From the NCBI GenBank assembly GCA_003971905.1, contig RSEE01000162.1, forward strand, positions 1 to 64,000: 64,000 bases of DNA, in the 5' to 3' direction. Below are positions 52,703 through 64,000 of this stretch, one piece after another (positions within the stretch are counted from its first letter, which is position 1; every line of letters begins with the position of its first letter). Under the pieces are notes generated by a model. The model was not told the origin of the DNA. It saw only the letters and a list, made by a program, of their open reading frames with translations, and ran no database searches. The DNA is from Moniliella sp. 'wahieum' (Eukaryota). A program made the translations under genes and the position numbers.

Positions 52703-54112
52703 TTAACGTGGTGTCGAAGCGCCTCCGCGGCCTCCACGGCGTCCAGCCTGGGACGCGGTACGTGCAAAGCCACCGCCATCGTCCGCTCGCATCGGAGGCA
52801 CCGACGCAGGGTTCTTCGTCTGCACCAGAACTTGGTGGCGTTGACCCGATCCCAGCTCGACCGTCACGCCCTGATGCTGGTCCGAGTGGGCAATCGCCTT
52901 ACGCGCCTCGTCGGGCGAGGCGAAATCAACGTACGCCCGACCGGCGGGGAGCATGCTGATGTTCAACACGGTCCCAAACGTGGCCATCGCAGCCTTGAGT
53001 GCATCGGTTTGACCTTGTCCACGTTGCGCACGTACAACGCTCGCACCAGGTACACGAGTGGGGGCGTAGGCTTCGATGGGGCAGCCTTGGCGCCGTTCGA
53101 GGGGGGCCGTGGGGCGTCGGCGTGGCAGGCTTGAAGGGGCTTTTGGCCAGCGGAGGAACCGTACGAGCAGGTGGAACCACCTTGGTCGCCGTTGCCGGTG
53201 CTTGGTTCACTTGGCAGCGTTCGTCGCGGCCAGGTTGGCCCAGCTCGTAGGCTTGGTCGGCTTAGGTGCCGGCGCCGGGGTAGGAGCCGGAACAGAGGCG
53301 GCGGCGGGCTCAGGGGCTGCCTCGGCAGGCTGGGATGCAGGATCCGTCGTGACGCCGCATCGGGCGACGTGGCATCGGGAATTCCTCATGCTCGCCGGTT
53401 CGTCTTCTTCGTGGGTTCAGCAACAGCGGGTTCGACTCTGGGTGCTCGAGGTGGCAGCGGGCGCCGTCTCGGTCGCATCTTCGGTCAGCGTAGCGGGAGC
53501 TCGGGCGCAGGCTCGGTGGCGGTCTCAAGGGCGGGCAGGTCAGTAGGCGCCTGGAGGAAGCGCGTTGCTCGGCTGTCTGCAAATTGGCAACGGCAGCGGA
53601 ATGTCCACGTCGTGGGCGACGAGGTGGCCCTCGTGTTCGGCCTGGGCAACTTCTGGTCGATGGCCGCGTCCACTTCCTGGGCAATTTCTTCTGGTCGACG
53701 TCGCTCTTGAGGGTACGGAACATATCATTCAGGGATCCAGTAGCGGCCCTTCGTCGGCGAGGAAGAAGGTTGGCTAAAGCGGCGCCAGGGGCCATCGTTT
53801 GCTGCTGAGCTCGCCGAGGACTTGGATGAGGATGCCGTTGGCGGCCGAAAGCTGGCATCGTAGTTGCTGACGCATACTTTGCAGTTGTCAAAGCCAGCAT
53901 CGGCGATGGTCTGCTTGATGGCAGCGGTGCCGACGACAGGACTGACGTCGTCGCCCTCTTGGCCAAAGACGAGGGTGGAGCGGTCGAAGTAGAGGCGGTA
54001 GAGCTGGGAGGGGTCCTGGTGGAGGAGGGTGTAGTACGGGTGATGAACTGTTGGCGACGTCGGAAGCGTCGGGACAGCGGGGGCGTGTCGGGGGGGCGAC
54101 GTGTGTGCTCAT
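52703..54112 (-). CDS. BRE5: NTF2-domain + RRM + RGG protein (Bre5/Nxt3/G3BP family)
   Basis: QQFITRTTPSST..LYRFYFDRSTL; FAQETFF; Y.LNDMFR; KPTSWANLAA; RRM LYVRNV..FGTV..RAYVDF; RGG tail GRRGGRGG. Frameshifted. Confidence 0.8.
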
Positions 54113-54830
54113 GGTGGGGGTGGGGGCAGAGGGAGGCGTGGTTCGTGGCGAAGGTCCGGTGCGGGAAGGCTGATGCGCTGCGGCTGACGCCGCTTACGCC
54201 CGAAGACTGGGCATAGGAGAGTGCAGAGTGAAGATTGAACGTTCAAGTTGAACGTTGAACCTTTGCAATCTGAAACTGGATCCACGCGTACCGAGTATCA
54301 AATTTCAAAAACGAACCTTTGAACATTCAATATTCAGCATCGACGTGTGCGTGTGCAATTTGGAATTGCGGGCCGTGCGCGTAGCTGCCAATATGTTTCC
54401 TCGGTGCAAACAGGCCACGTGGGTTGCGCGTTCCCTCCCCCATTCGCTTACCGCTGCGGCTCGCACTCGCATATAAGCAGCGCGTGTGGAGAAAAAGCAG
54501 GGCAGAACACAGGAGAACAAAACAGCGGCCTATACAGGAGCCTGTTACTTCTTCGCCAAGCTCCTTCTGTGAATGTGACGGACCATGCACACGCACCCAC
54601 CGGGGTGCGTATGGCCTGTTCTACAACTTCCTTGAAGTTTGACCGGTAAACCGATACCCCTTTGTATGTCTCCCTCCATCTCGCGCGCGTCTTATTCATC
54701 GCGTGTGACATGTGATTGCTTCTCAGTCCTCCTCTGGTATATAAGGCACCACATTCCATGCAGCCTGAAATACCATTGGCATCCAAAACAATCCCCCCTT
54801 GATTCTGACTTGCTTTCTATAGGTGGGTTA

Positions 54831-55202
54831 TGTAGGCCAGTCGTGTGGCCATGCACAACTCCAGGCCATTCGTCCCGGTTGCCACTCAAGTCCTCCCCTC
54901 TCTACATCCACTGCAGGAGCTCATCCCACAACCGATGTCTCCGGGTTCCCTGGCCAGCGGGGGTGTTGACTGTGATCCTCTGGCTCCCAGTCGGTAGACC
55001 AGGTTCGCCTCGGTTCCATCGGCTTCCACGCTGACGTCCCTGCGTGTCACTGTCCCTGTGCCCTGCACTCTCTCCTGTGTGACTCACTGTCCCTGTGCCT
55101 AGTCCAGCCTCCTATATAGATGCCTCTGTACCAGACCCAACTCTGGCTCCAATCCATCACCTTCTCCTCATCCTTCTGCCCGTCCGGCTCCCTAGGCCAA
55201 CA
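54831..55202 (+). repeat. 5' LTR (372 bp)
   Basis: TG...CA termini with a 7/8 terminal inverted repeat; direct repeat of 55975-56345. Confidence 0.92.
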
Positions 55203-55322
55203 GAGCTACAATCTGATCCCCCGGAAGGGGAGCGCTCTTCAAGCAAGCCCACCCCCAAGCCTACAAGCCCAAGCTAAGCCGCCAAGCCCACAAGACACAC
55301 CCGTCCTCCCGCCCAAACAACA

Positions 55323-55400
55323 CCCGCCACAATCGGCACCTTACCGCCACAATCGGCATACTACCGCCACAATCGGCATACTACCGCCACAATCGGCACA
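55323..55400 (+). repeat. About 20-bp tandem repeat (TACCGCCACAATCGGCATAC), 4 copies, inside the LTR element
   Basis: CCGCCACAATCGGCA occurs four times. Confidence 0.9.
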
Positions 55401-55974
55401 CTCGTCCCCCACAGATGGGCAATGATTTTTAGGGACAACACACGACGGAACAAAACGTGTGGGTATCGTCAACGAGACGAAATTCCTCCAACGACAAAAC
55501 GGCGCGCGAATCGCAGAAAGCGGGGTGGCTGCTCATCAAGTGCCCCACCCACGGCTACACGCCCCGGATTGCCAATCATCCGGGGCACCTGGGGAAAGGA
55601 TGGGGGGGGGTGGTCACCCAACTTCTTCCACTCCTCTTTTTCAACAACAAAGAGAACCCAAAAGATCAAGACGGTTGACGCATAGCGCCCGTTCATTTCC
55701 ATGCCCAATGGACCCCACTGGCACCAGGCATGCGGAACCAAACAACTACCAAACGCATCCAATTTTGATGCCAAACGACCTTGGACCGCATTTACTCCAA
55801 GTTTCCAATTTTCTTTCACTACACCTATAACTGGTGCTTTTACTTTTGCCCACCAAATCGTTCGGGCGCAACCCTACTACTTTTACTTCTAAGACTTCTA
55901 CAAGCATCTGGCGGTCGCACAATACACCAACCACAAGCGCTCGGCTCGTCAGGTGTCATCCTGGACAGCGGGGG

Positions 55975-56345
55975 TGTAGGCCAGTCGTGTGGCCATGCAC
56001 AACTCCAGGCCATTCGTCCGGTTGCCACTCAAGTCCTCCCCTCTCTACATCCACTGGCAGGAGCTCATCCCACAACCGATGTCTCCGGGTTCCCTGGCCA
56101 GCGGGGGTGTTGACTGTGATCCTCTGGCTCCCAGTCGGTAGACCAGGTTCGCCTCGGTTCCATCGGCTTCCACGCTGACGTCCCTGCGTGTCACTGTCCC
56201 TGTGCCCTGCACTTCTCCTGTGTGACTCACTGTCCCTGTGCCTAGTCCAGCCTCCTATATAGATGCCTCTGTACCCAGACCCAACTCTGGCTCCAATCCA
56301 TCACCTTCTCCTCATCCTTCTGCCCGTCCGGCTCCCTAGGCCAAA
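55975..56345 (+). repeat. 3' LTR (371 bp)
   Basis: Differs from the 5' LTR by five single-base indels and no substitutions by my comparison; ends CCAAA rather than CCAACA. Confidence 0.92.
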
Positions 56346-56536
56346 GGTTATCCTCCTTTGTTAACCTCACATACGCCATAACATGTCAACCGTCCTCCAC
56401 ACGTCAACGGCTCTCGCTTGCTCTGGTAAGCGGTTCTCAGTGATGCACTCTCATTCATCGGTACAGTAATCGCCCACGGGTCGGTATGACATTCCTACAT
56501 CGACCCACCGAGCATGAGCCCATGGACGAACGAACG

Positions 56537-59197
56537 TCAATGCAGATCCGGGTACCAGGCTTTTCGATATCCAAGAAGGGAAAAGTTACATTTGCAGGGA
56601 CTTCCTACCCCTGCCACAAACACGAGCCCGTATGTTGTGTGGCGGGCATGGGGGCGCAGAGAGTCAAACAAAGGGGGGGCGGGGGGAGAGAGATGACAGA
56701 GGGACAAGTTGCAGAACATCCTTTTCAGCATCGTTCTACAATTGCGGAACGATGTAGGAATGACTCGATGACGGAGAGGTATATATCCTCGCCCATTTGT
56801 CATGGACAGCTGGGCAGCACTGTTATCTAGCCGTTTGGTGGGCGGCGAGGCCGTTAGTCTCTTCATCTTTTCTTCTTCATCGCCATCATCATCGTACTCT
56901 TCATCGTCATCGTCATCGTCATCGTCATCCGACACCGGTACCTCCGCCCCTTCCTGTGCATGGTCCAGCGCTACGTTGGCCTTCCGCTGCATTTCGGCCG
57001 GCCGGCGGGGCCGGGGTGGGGTAGGGCTGTAGCCCTTGTTCGCTGGCAAAGCGGGGCCAGGGTGTAATCTGCCTTGTGGCTCCTGTGGCTCCAGTTGGGC
57101 ATCGCTGGGGCTCTTGTTCGGCCGGGCCGGGGCGGGGTGGGTGGGTGCGAGCTTCGGAGCGAACAGGAATGCGAACACCCTGCTGTGCCAGTGGCGCGAC
57201 AATTCTGTTGCTGGAAACTGACCAGGATACTGGCGTGGGGTGTAATGATGTGGTGTGGATTGGGCAAAACCAACGCAAAAACATAAGTAAGCCTGCCACA
57301 CTCGTTTTTTTTCCTCTCGCCCTCCTTCTCGCATAGCGGAAGAACACTAGAAACCGCCGGGAAAAGGAAAAAGGGGGGAGGGGGGGAGGTATAGGGAGAA
57401 GAGGGGGGGGACGTACTGAATTGAGGTGTGTACATGCGCACCACGATCGAAGTCACTCCTTCCGATGCATTGCCATCCAGTTCAGCGCCGAAAGGGAGAG
57501 AAGGAGACGATAGTTTCCTACTTCCCTCACACTCAAGTCGGCAAAACAAGAAAATTCCAGGCTCACCGTCCAGATCACGACAATTGTAGGCCGAGCTGAT
57601 GGGTGTACCGAGTAAGTTGCGCATATACTGACGCGTGTTGTTCATCGGCACTGGAGTACGGGGCCTCCTCTCACCCATTATACGCGCGGCGGAACGGGGT
57701 ATTGCCGTTGGCCTCCTACCTCGTGCGGACGAAGCGCATCGGCATGCTGCCGGACTGGCTGTAACTGGGGTTGCTGCTGCTGCCATTGTACTTGGTACTG
57801 ATGACCCTGATATGCTGATGGTCTTGGTACTGATGACTCTGATATTGCTGGTGGTCTTGGTACTGATGACCCTGATACTGGTGGTCTTCGTACCGGTGGT
57901 CTGCTGGAACCGGTGGTCTTGGAACCGGTGGTCTTGGAACCGGTGGTCTTGAAACCGGTGGTCTTGATACTGTGGTCTTGATACTGGTGATCTTGGTACT
58001 GGTGGTCTTGGTACCTGTGGTCTTGGTACCGGTAATCTTGGAGCTGGTGATCCTGGTATTGCTGTGCTTGCTGCGGTTGCGGTTGCGGTTGCGGTTGCGG
58101 TTGCTGCTGGGGGGTTGGTGGTTGCCCTTGCGGTTGCTGGTTGAATTGCTGTGGCTGTGGCTGTTGCTGCTGTTGCTGCTGCTGCTGTTGCTGTTGCCAG
58201 TGGGCCTGCTGTGATGAAGGCGGATGGAGCACGCGGGTGCGCGTTCTGCGCTCCAACTCCTCTCTAGGAGGAAGTGTGGCAATGGGCAACCGTGCGTACT
58301 CTAGTATATCCTCCCCGCCATCGGCCAATACTGGTTGGGCGGGAGTGGTACTAGGCTCTGTGCTAGGGTCCGTACTAAATTCCGTACTAGGTTCCGTGCT
58401 AGGCACCGCCTCGGGCTCACGAGGGGTTCGGTGCGGCACAAATGCGGGGCCTACCAACGGACGAAGCGGAGGCGGATGAATGGGTGGGATATCGAGCTCC
58501 TCGTCATCGTCGTGGTTCAAGGTGAGCAACATGCTAATGTGAGCGTGCCAGATTCCACCAGCTCGGCGACAGGGTGAGAAAGGAGTGTCGAAGTGGCTTG
58601 CATGAGGGAAACCAAAAGGAGGGTTAGGTTCCGGTCTCGTCCCTTCTAAGTGCCTGGGTGTGCTGGACCGGAAAACGGTATAGGAATCAGGACGTACCGT
58701 AGGTCTACCATCTCGTCCGTCGCAGCATGGTAAATTCGCAGGCGGACAATGGTAGTGGAGACAAGGGACGTCGGTCCTGATTTGAACCAATAGGAAGAGG
58801 AGAAAGGCAGGGTTAGTGGAGGTGACGGATGCTACCCGCGAGGGCGGTATTTGACTGTCTGTTGCAGTGCAACAGGGAAGAGGGAGAAAGGGATCCACTT
58901 ACCTTGTCACCATGTGCTGCGATCCGTCCCCGCAGCGGGATTGCTCAAGAATAATCTCGTACGCGCTTTTCCAAAGAAAAACCCATGCACACCACACCTA
59001 ACCGTTAGACACCGACCGAGCATACACCCACCCGAACCAAGAAACGCGCCACAGCACTACCCAGAATACTCACAAGCCTAAATGCGTTCCTTGAGCGCGT
59101 CCCTCGGGCAGAACATCGCGACCGCCTCTTGCCAGAGCGACGGTGGCGTGCTGATCGCCGGAGTGATTATCAGGAGGAGTTGGGCGCGGGCGTCCAT
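56537..59197 (-). CDS. velB: Velvet-domain transcription factor with split velvet domain (VelB-like)
   Basis: N-half AYEIILEQ..RGRIAAHGDK, intron 58777-58902, then DRRPLSP.PIVRLRIY. C-half RNLLGTPISSAYNCRDLDGEPGIF..DLSVREVGNYRL and TELSRH.AQQGVRIPVR. The halves are separated by a Pro/Gln-rich insert. Acidic tail; start and stop approximate. Confidence 0.8.
57791..58200 (-). repeat. Coding 15-bp tandem repeat (YQDHQ/FQDHR) preceded by polyQ/QP
   Basis: TACCAAGACCACCAG-type units, more than 15 imperfect copies, at 57791-58059. Confidence 0.85.
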
Positions 59198-60419
59198 TTT
59201 ATCCGGAGAGCAAGTGGAGGATCCGTGATGGTGGTGACAAGCGTGCGACCAGGAGCGGGGTCGCAGGAACAGACGAGGGGGACGAGTGCAGACCGAGGGG
59301 AAGAAGAGCGAGGGGACAGCCAACAAGCGAGCGCCAGCGTGCGTTTTTCTTCCGTCGTCGCTGGGTCGCGGGGGCAGGGTGGTGGTGGTGGCGGTGGTGG
59401 GGGCGGCCGGAGTGGGGAGGGGCGGTGGGGGACACAGCAGCGTCCAGCGCCCAGCGGCTGCGTGGACGTGCTGTGGGGCGCAGCAACGTGCCAGCGACCC
59501 AGAAGACCGGTAAGACCGTCGTGGCCACTGGCGGGTGCAGCTCCGTCGCATAAAAACTTCTCTGCCCGCGCCGGCGATTAGAGGAGCGCGTCGGCGGCGG
59601 CGTGGGCTCCCAGCAGCTGGTGCGCATCCCTCGCGCGCCAATGGGATGGATCGAGCGCGCGTCGGGGGGCTGCCCGGTGCCTCTGGCGGTGATGGCGACG
59701 GTCGCTGGGTGCGAGCCGGTGTGGCTGGCTTTCTTGACAGCAGGCCCATAGTGCGCGGGGCAGGAGAGCGCACAGGAGGCTGTCTATGGCCGATTCATGT
59801 GACCCGAGTCGAATTGGCAACTGATTTTCAATTTGGGGTGCCGGTTCCTAAGCGGCTGAAGCTCTGGAGCTTCAAGTGAAGCTTCTCCTATGCCGCCTCC
59901 TGCCTCCTCCTGCCTTGCCTGGCGTGTTGCCCAGCTGGAAGCAGCCGCGCGCAGGTCACCAGGTCACGGGGGGCGTCGCTCGTACCGACGACTGGCCAGT
60001 GGCCTTCTTGCGTTGGACATTCGTTTGAATTTTGCCGGCACCGATCCGAAATCGACGCCATGGCATAGAGCGCCACAGCCAAAGCCGATGATCGATGAAG
60101 CTCGCCCCCACCCCCAACCGACACATGCAACGGTAAGTAGCAGACAAGCCAGTACGGCAAGGTAACCATAGTAGCCAAGCCAAACCGCCGTCTGGCGCCG
60201 TCGCATTCCGACCCGCTCGCATGGGTCTCTGGCCTCGTGCCCGACCTACTCAGTACTCAGGGCCCACCTGCACCGCTCCCCCGGTCCCTCCCCGAGCACT
60301 CTCGGCAAATGCACCACCGCACACGCCCAGGGCCAAGCCTGTGCCACATGCCCGTGCGTATTTGGCTGTGGCCATGCTGTTGCGCGTTGCGCACGCCTTA
60401 CGTATCGCCCATGCTTGCC

Positions 60420-62000
60420 TGGGGTTGACGTTGACGCGTTGACGTTGAAAGAGACAGCCTATGTAGATCAGGCTTCAAGCTTCAAGCTTCAGCTTCAGCG
60501 CCTCTTCAGCGCCTCAGGCTGAGCGCTGAGGCTTAGCGCTAAGGCTTAGCCCTGAGGTTCTCAGACTGAGATCTCAGATCTCACCGGCACCCCACGCCAC
60601 TGCGTCACCGGCCACCTGCTCCCCGTTCCCCCAACAGTCTTATATATAGGCCTTACCTGCTTTTTGGCTCTCGTTACACGTTACTAGTTACTAGTACTCA
60701 CCCTCTTATTCTCGCCAGCGCCATGCCCACGCATGGCCAAGCATGACGCCGTCTGTGGCCTGGCACCTAATCCCCTACAGTGACCCATAGTGACCCGCCA
60801 GTGACCCTACGACAGGAGGATCGATGAACGTGATAAACGCGCAGGCGCTCAGAGGCTCAGATGAACGATGAAGCTCATCGATTTAACCTACCGTATAATA
60901 TTCAACGAATTCTTTATTCCTCTTCGGTTCCTCGCTCTTTCCGACGTCGCTCCTCTCCTCTTCTCTTCTCTCCCCTCCTCTCCCTCCAAGCTCCACCCCG
61001 CGCCGCTCAGGAACAATGAAGAAGTAAAACACCGTTGTCGGCTATATACCAGGTATACTATAGTAGCTACGACAGCTTCTAACTCCTGAGACCCTAAGGC
61101 CTAAGGCTTAGGGCCTGAGCCCTGAGCGCCTGAGCAGCCCCCAGGCTGAGCGGCCTGGGAGAGCGCTTCAAGAACACAGCGGAAATGCTCCAACAATTTG
61201 AAGCATGAAGCTTGAAGCTTGAAGGTCAGCGCTCGCGAGCGCTGAACGTGCTGAACGTTGAACGTACGCTGAACGTACGCTGAAAACGTACCCTGATGCC
61301 TGAACGTACACTGATTCAACGTTGAATGTTACGTTGAACGAACCGCACCAATTCACACGCACTACACGCCCGAGATGTCTGTGCTGTGGCCTTCTGCATA
61401 CCTGCCCCCCTCTCCTCGATCTCTCTGCTCTCTCTGCCTCTCTCTGTCTCTCCTGCAGCTCTCTGCCTCTCTCTGCCTCTCTATGCCTCTGTCGATGTGC
61501 TTTGCACCAGTGTTGCACCCCCCCTTAGGCCTTAGTGGCCTTAGTACCTTTCACTTAAAGTCTATTAACGCGTAACGTCTATGGAATATCGCGACCCACA
61601 CACCGCTGTGTATCTCCTCTGGCAGCACCCTGGCTCAATTGATTTCCCGGCAGAGGGGTGCAACAGCTCAGCTATCAGGCTCAGACGTGTGTGGGAAGTC
61701 ACGTTATTTGTAGCTAATAGCTAGAAGTATAGTAGCAGACCAAAGTGCAGCGGTACTACAAAGTAAGACCATAGGTAGACTACGTTGTAACGCTTAACGC
61801 GCAACGTACAACGGAACGGAGGCGGGTAAAAGTATGAAAAGTAAGTACAAAGTAGTGAAACGGCATTTTCTCAGACAGTATCCTCATCGGCCTCATCGGT
61901 CACTCGGTACAGTACTCACACTCGTACTCAGCAACTCAGTACTCGTATTCATACTCAGTCCTCAGTACCTCAGTACGCTCAGCCGGAGGACTCAGACTGA
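60420..62000. repeat. Intergenic clusters of dyad tandem repeats (TTCAAGC)n, CTNAG arrays, (TGAACGT)n, plus a CT-rich microsatellite
   Basis: Dyad clusters at 60470-60583, 61085-61340 and 61870-62000; (CTCTCTGC)n at 61420-61490. Confidence 0.75.
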
Positions 62001-63240
62001 TATTCATCGTGTACGAAGAGTTGCACCTCCACAACTGTTACCCTTGGTGGCCACCAGCAACCAACGTGATAATCTCCACCCCCTTTCTCTACCATTCACC
62101 ATCTACTTCGCCTCATCGCAGTGTCACCAGCTACGCGTATGACTCGTTGTTGGCAACTGACCCAAGAGCGTCGAAAGATGCGTTGTGCATCTGAGCATCG
62201 GTGTCGCTGAGGCTTAGTGAAAGGTGAGAAAATTGAACTCAAAAGGCTGAGGCTGTGACATGCGAACGTTGAACCAAGGAGCAGACGGGGTGTGCGCTGC
62301 TGAAATGGACTGTCAAGTACGGTGAGAGGATGGAGATCATGAGATCTAAGAGGCCGTGACACAACCTATGCTGCGGGACACCAGCTCCCGTAGCACCCTC
62401 AGTACGTTTCCGGACACCGTGCTCGGTACGAGCCCAATGGAGGAAAAAATACCCTAGAGAAAGACCCACACCGATGGGTCTCTACCTAGAGAAAAAGAAT
62501 CAACACTGACGGTCCCCCACTCCGTACCCTGTGCCGTTCCTCACGCAGCAACAGAGGACCAAGTAGGGGTTTGATGTTCTCGCTTGAGCATATTTGGGCT
62601 TGCACCAGTCCAAGTTTGGCGCATTGCATTGCCTGAGGCTGTGCGGGTTCCGATGCTCAAGTTTGTGCGCTCCATCCCGGACTCCCACATCCACAACGAG
62701 CTGACAGGGGAGGAGAGAAGGAGAAGGAGAAGGAGAAGGAGAAGGAGAAGAGAAGGAGAAGGAGAAGGAGCGTGGGCGGAAGGCGAGGTGCAGACCACCA
62801 AATGAAAGTGATGAGATCTGAGAGCATTCGGATGATCTGGAATGAGGTGGACCATACTTTGCGGGGTCCAAGTCCAAAGCAAGCGATGGATTGAACGTGG
62901 AAGGTGTTGTACACGATGGAGCCACAACTCGTTTGGAACGCCACGGGAGAAGACTGTTTCCTATAACAACGAATGCGACAAAAATACCAAGTACTAGGGG
63001 GCGCACTCAAGAACTTTTCTTTTCCCTCTTTTGTCTTGATATGACGACGCGAGAGGATACGGGCACCAAGACGGCGAGCAAGATGTTTTAGACACTGGAA
63101 AGAATTGGCTGATGTGTCTCCTTGGAGATGGTTCGCCGCTCACATGCCTACTATCCACGCGTGCTATCCATTCATTTTGGAAGCGAATGGTGGGCGCCAA
63201 AGGTCCTGACCTGCTGGCGACTCGCCTTGTTTTCTAATTG
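62000..63240 (+). mobile_element. Decayed RLE-type non-LTR retrotransposon, copy B (homologous to copy A)
   Basis: QRDNLHPL (like QGDPLxPL), SYAYDSLL (like YADD), EHIWAC and VRSIPDSHIHNE. Nucleotide blocks are shared with the reverse complement of 10070-10620, e.g. GGCACCAAGACGGCGAGCAAG and GCACTCAAGA. A (GAAGGA)n microsatellite is inserted at 62712-62770. Confidence 0.6.
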
Positions 63241-64000
63241 ATTTAGCACGAATACGCCATGATACACCGGATGAGCGAGCGGGATAGGCTCACCAGCCTT
63301 TCTTTGTCCCTGCCTACGCTCCATTTCCCAAGCAAACGTATGTACGCACAAGGATACGAAATGGGAAACGCTCCCCCCCAAGCCCGCCCATGCAGCGTGT
63401 GCTGTCATCTCGTGCCAAAACCCATTCGTGGATCCACAACCGACACGGCGTTGCCTACAGCAGGTCAACACCCCTCTGTGATCAGTTTTCTTCATTCCGA
63501 TCCAAACATCGAATGTGGCGCGAGTCGGGTGTGTGGATACGAAGAACGGGGCGGAGAAGGGTGCGCAGAACGTAACCGTAAACGTTAAAAACCCTTCTCC
63601 GACTCCTCGGCAAGTTTCTTCTTCCAGTGCCCAACATCTTTTTGGCACTCTCGGCACCGTGGTATCTGCGTGTCGTGGTGGCCAGAAGGAACAATGAGTG
63701 TTGCGTGGGCCCCCGCTACGGGAACGTGGCATACGGGGCTCCCCGTTTGCCTACTGGAGGCGTTCAAATGCATCAGCTCCTGATTCGCCCGCATCTCACA
63801 TGCGTAATAGGGGAGGTATTCTGTGTGCCACCTTCGAAAGCAACTTTGGCCTCTTCCCTGGTCCCTAAGTCCCAAGGTGTAGTCTACCCCCAGTACCCTG
63901 ATCCATGCAATAACTCTATCCTTTGCAAGCCCCATCCGCGGGCGTAGTGCGTGTGCCTGGTCTTCCTCCACCGCCGCGTGCAACTACTGTGTTCGTACCT

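Larger units (their letters stand above)
54831..56345 (+). mobile_element. Complete non-autonomous LTR retroelement (TRIM-like), 1515 bp
   Basis: LTR1 54831-55202 (TGTAGGCC...GGCCAACA); LTR2 55975-56345; TSD GGTTA at 54826-54830 and 56346-56350; PPT GGACAGCGGGGG abutting LTR2; TATATA in the LTR; 772-bp interior with no intact gag/pol ORF. Confidence 0.92.

Noticed and set aside
55323..55400. CRISPR-like repeat (also 11715-11832 and 36170-36243)
   Set aside because: Contiguous tandem units with no unique spacers, no cas genes, and eukaryotic context.
54831..56345. Direct repeat as an assembly duplication
   Set aside because: TG..CA ends, a PPT and a matching 5-bp TSD are explained only by LTR retroelement insertion.

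Overview
Eukaryotic, fungal DNA: GC-rich exons, short GT-AG introns with CTAAC/CTGAC branch points, and fungus-specific KRE6 and velvet genes. A basidiomycete origin is my inference. Nearly every gene carries single-base frameshifts, most consistent with an unpolished long-read assembly. About 13 protein-coding loci are recognisable: G6P 1-epimerase (3' part), a divergent multi-ubiquitin-like-domain gene, F-BAR/RhoGAP, BAP31, importin-7/8-like, two KRE6/SKN1 paralogues, PRMT5, VPS36, a vWA protein, Cdc1/MPPE1, an unknown membrane protein, Bre5/G3BP and a VelB-like velvet protein. The most notable items are: (1) a gene with about five highly diverged ubiquitin-like units ending in LHMMVRMIGG-ADPY, a candidate lineage-specific ubiquitin-like modifier precursor; (2) a complete 1.5-kb non-coding LTR element with near-identical LTRs, a polypurine tract and a GGTTA target-site duplication; (3) at least two related, decayed RLE-type (CRE-like) non-LTR retrotransposon relics; (4) intergenic 7-bp-period dyad arrays that share a structure but not a sequence; (5) a YQDH(Q/R) pentapeptide array inside the split velvet domain. 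All family calls come from motif recognition by eye; no database search was run.
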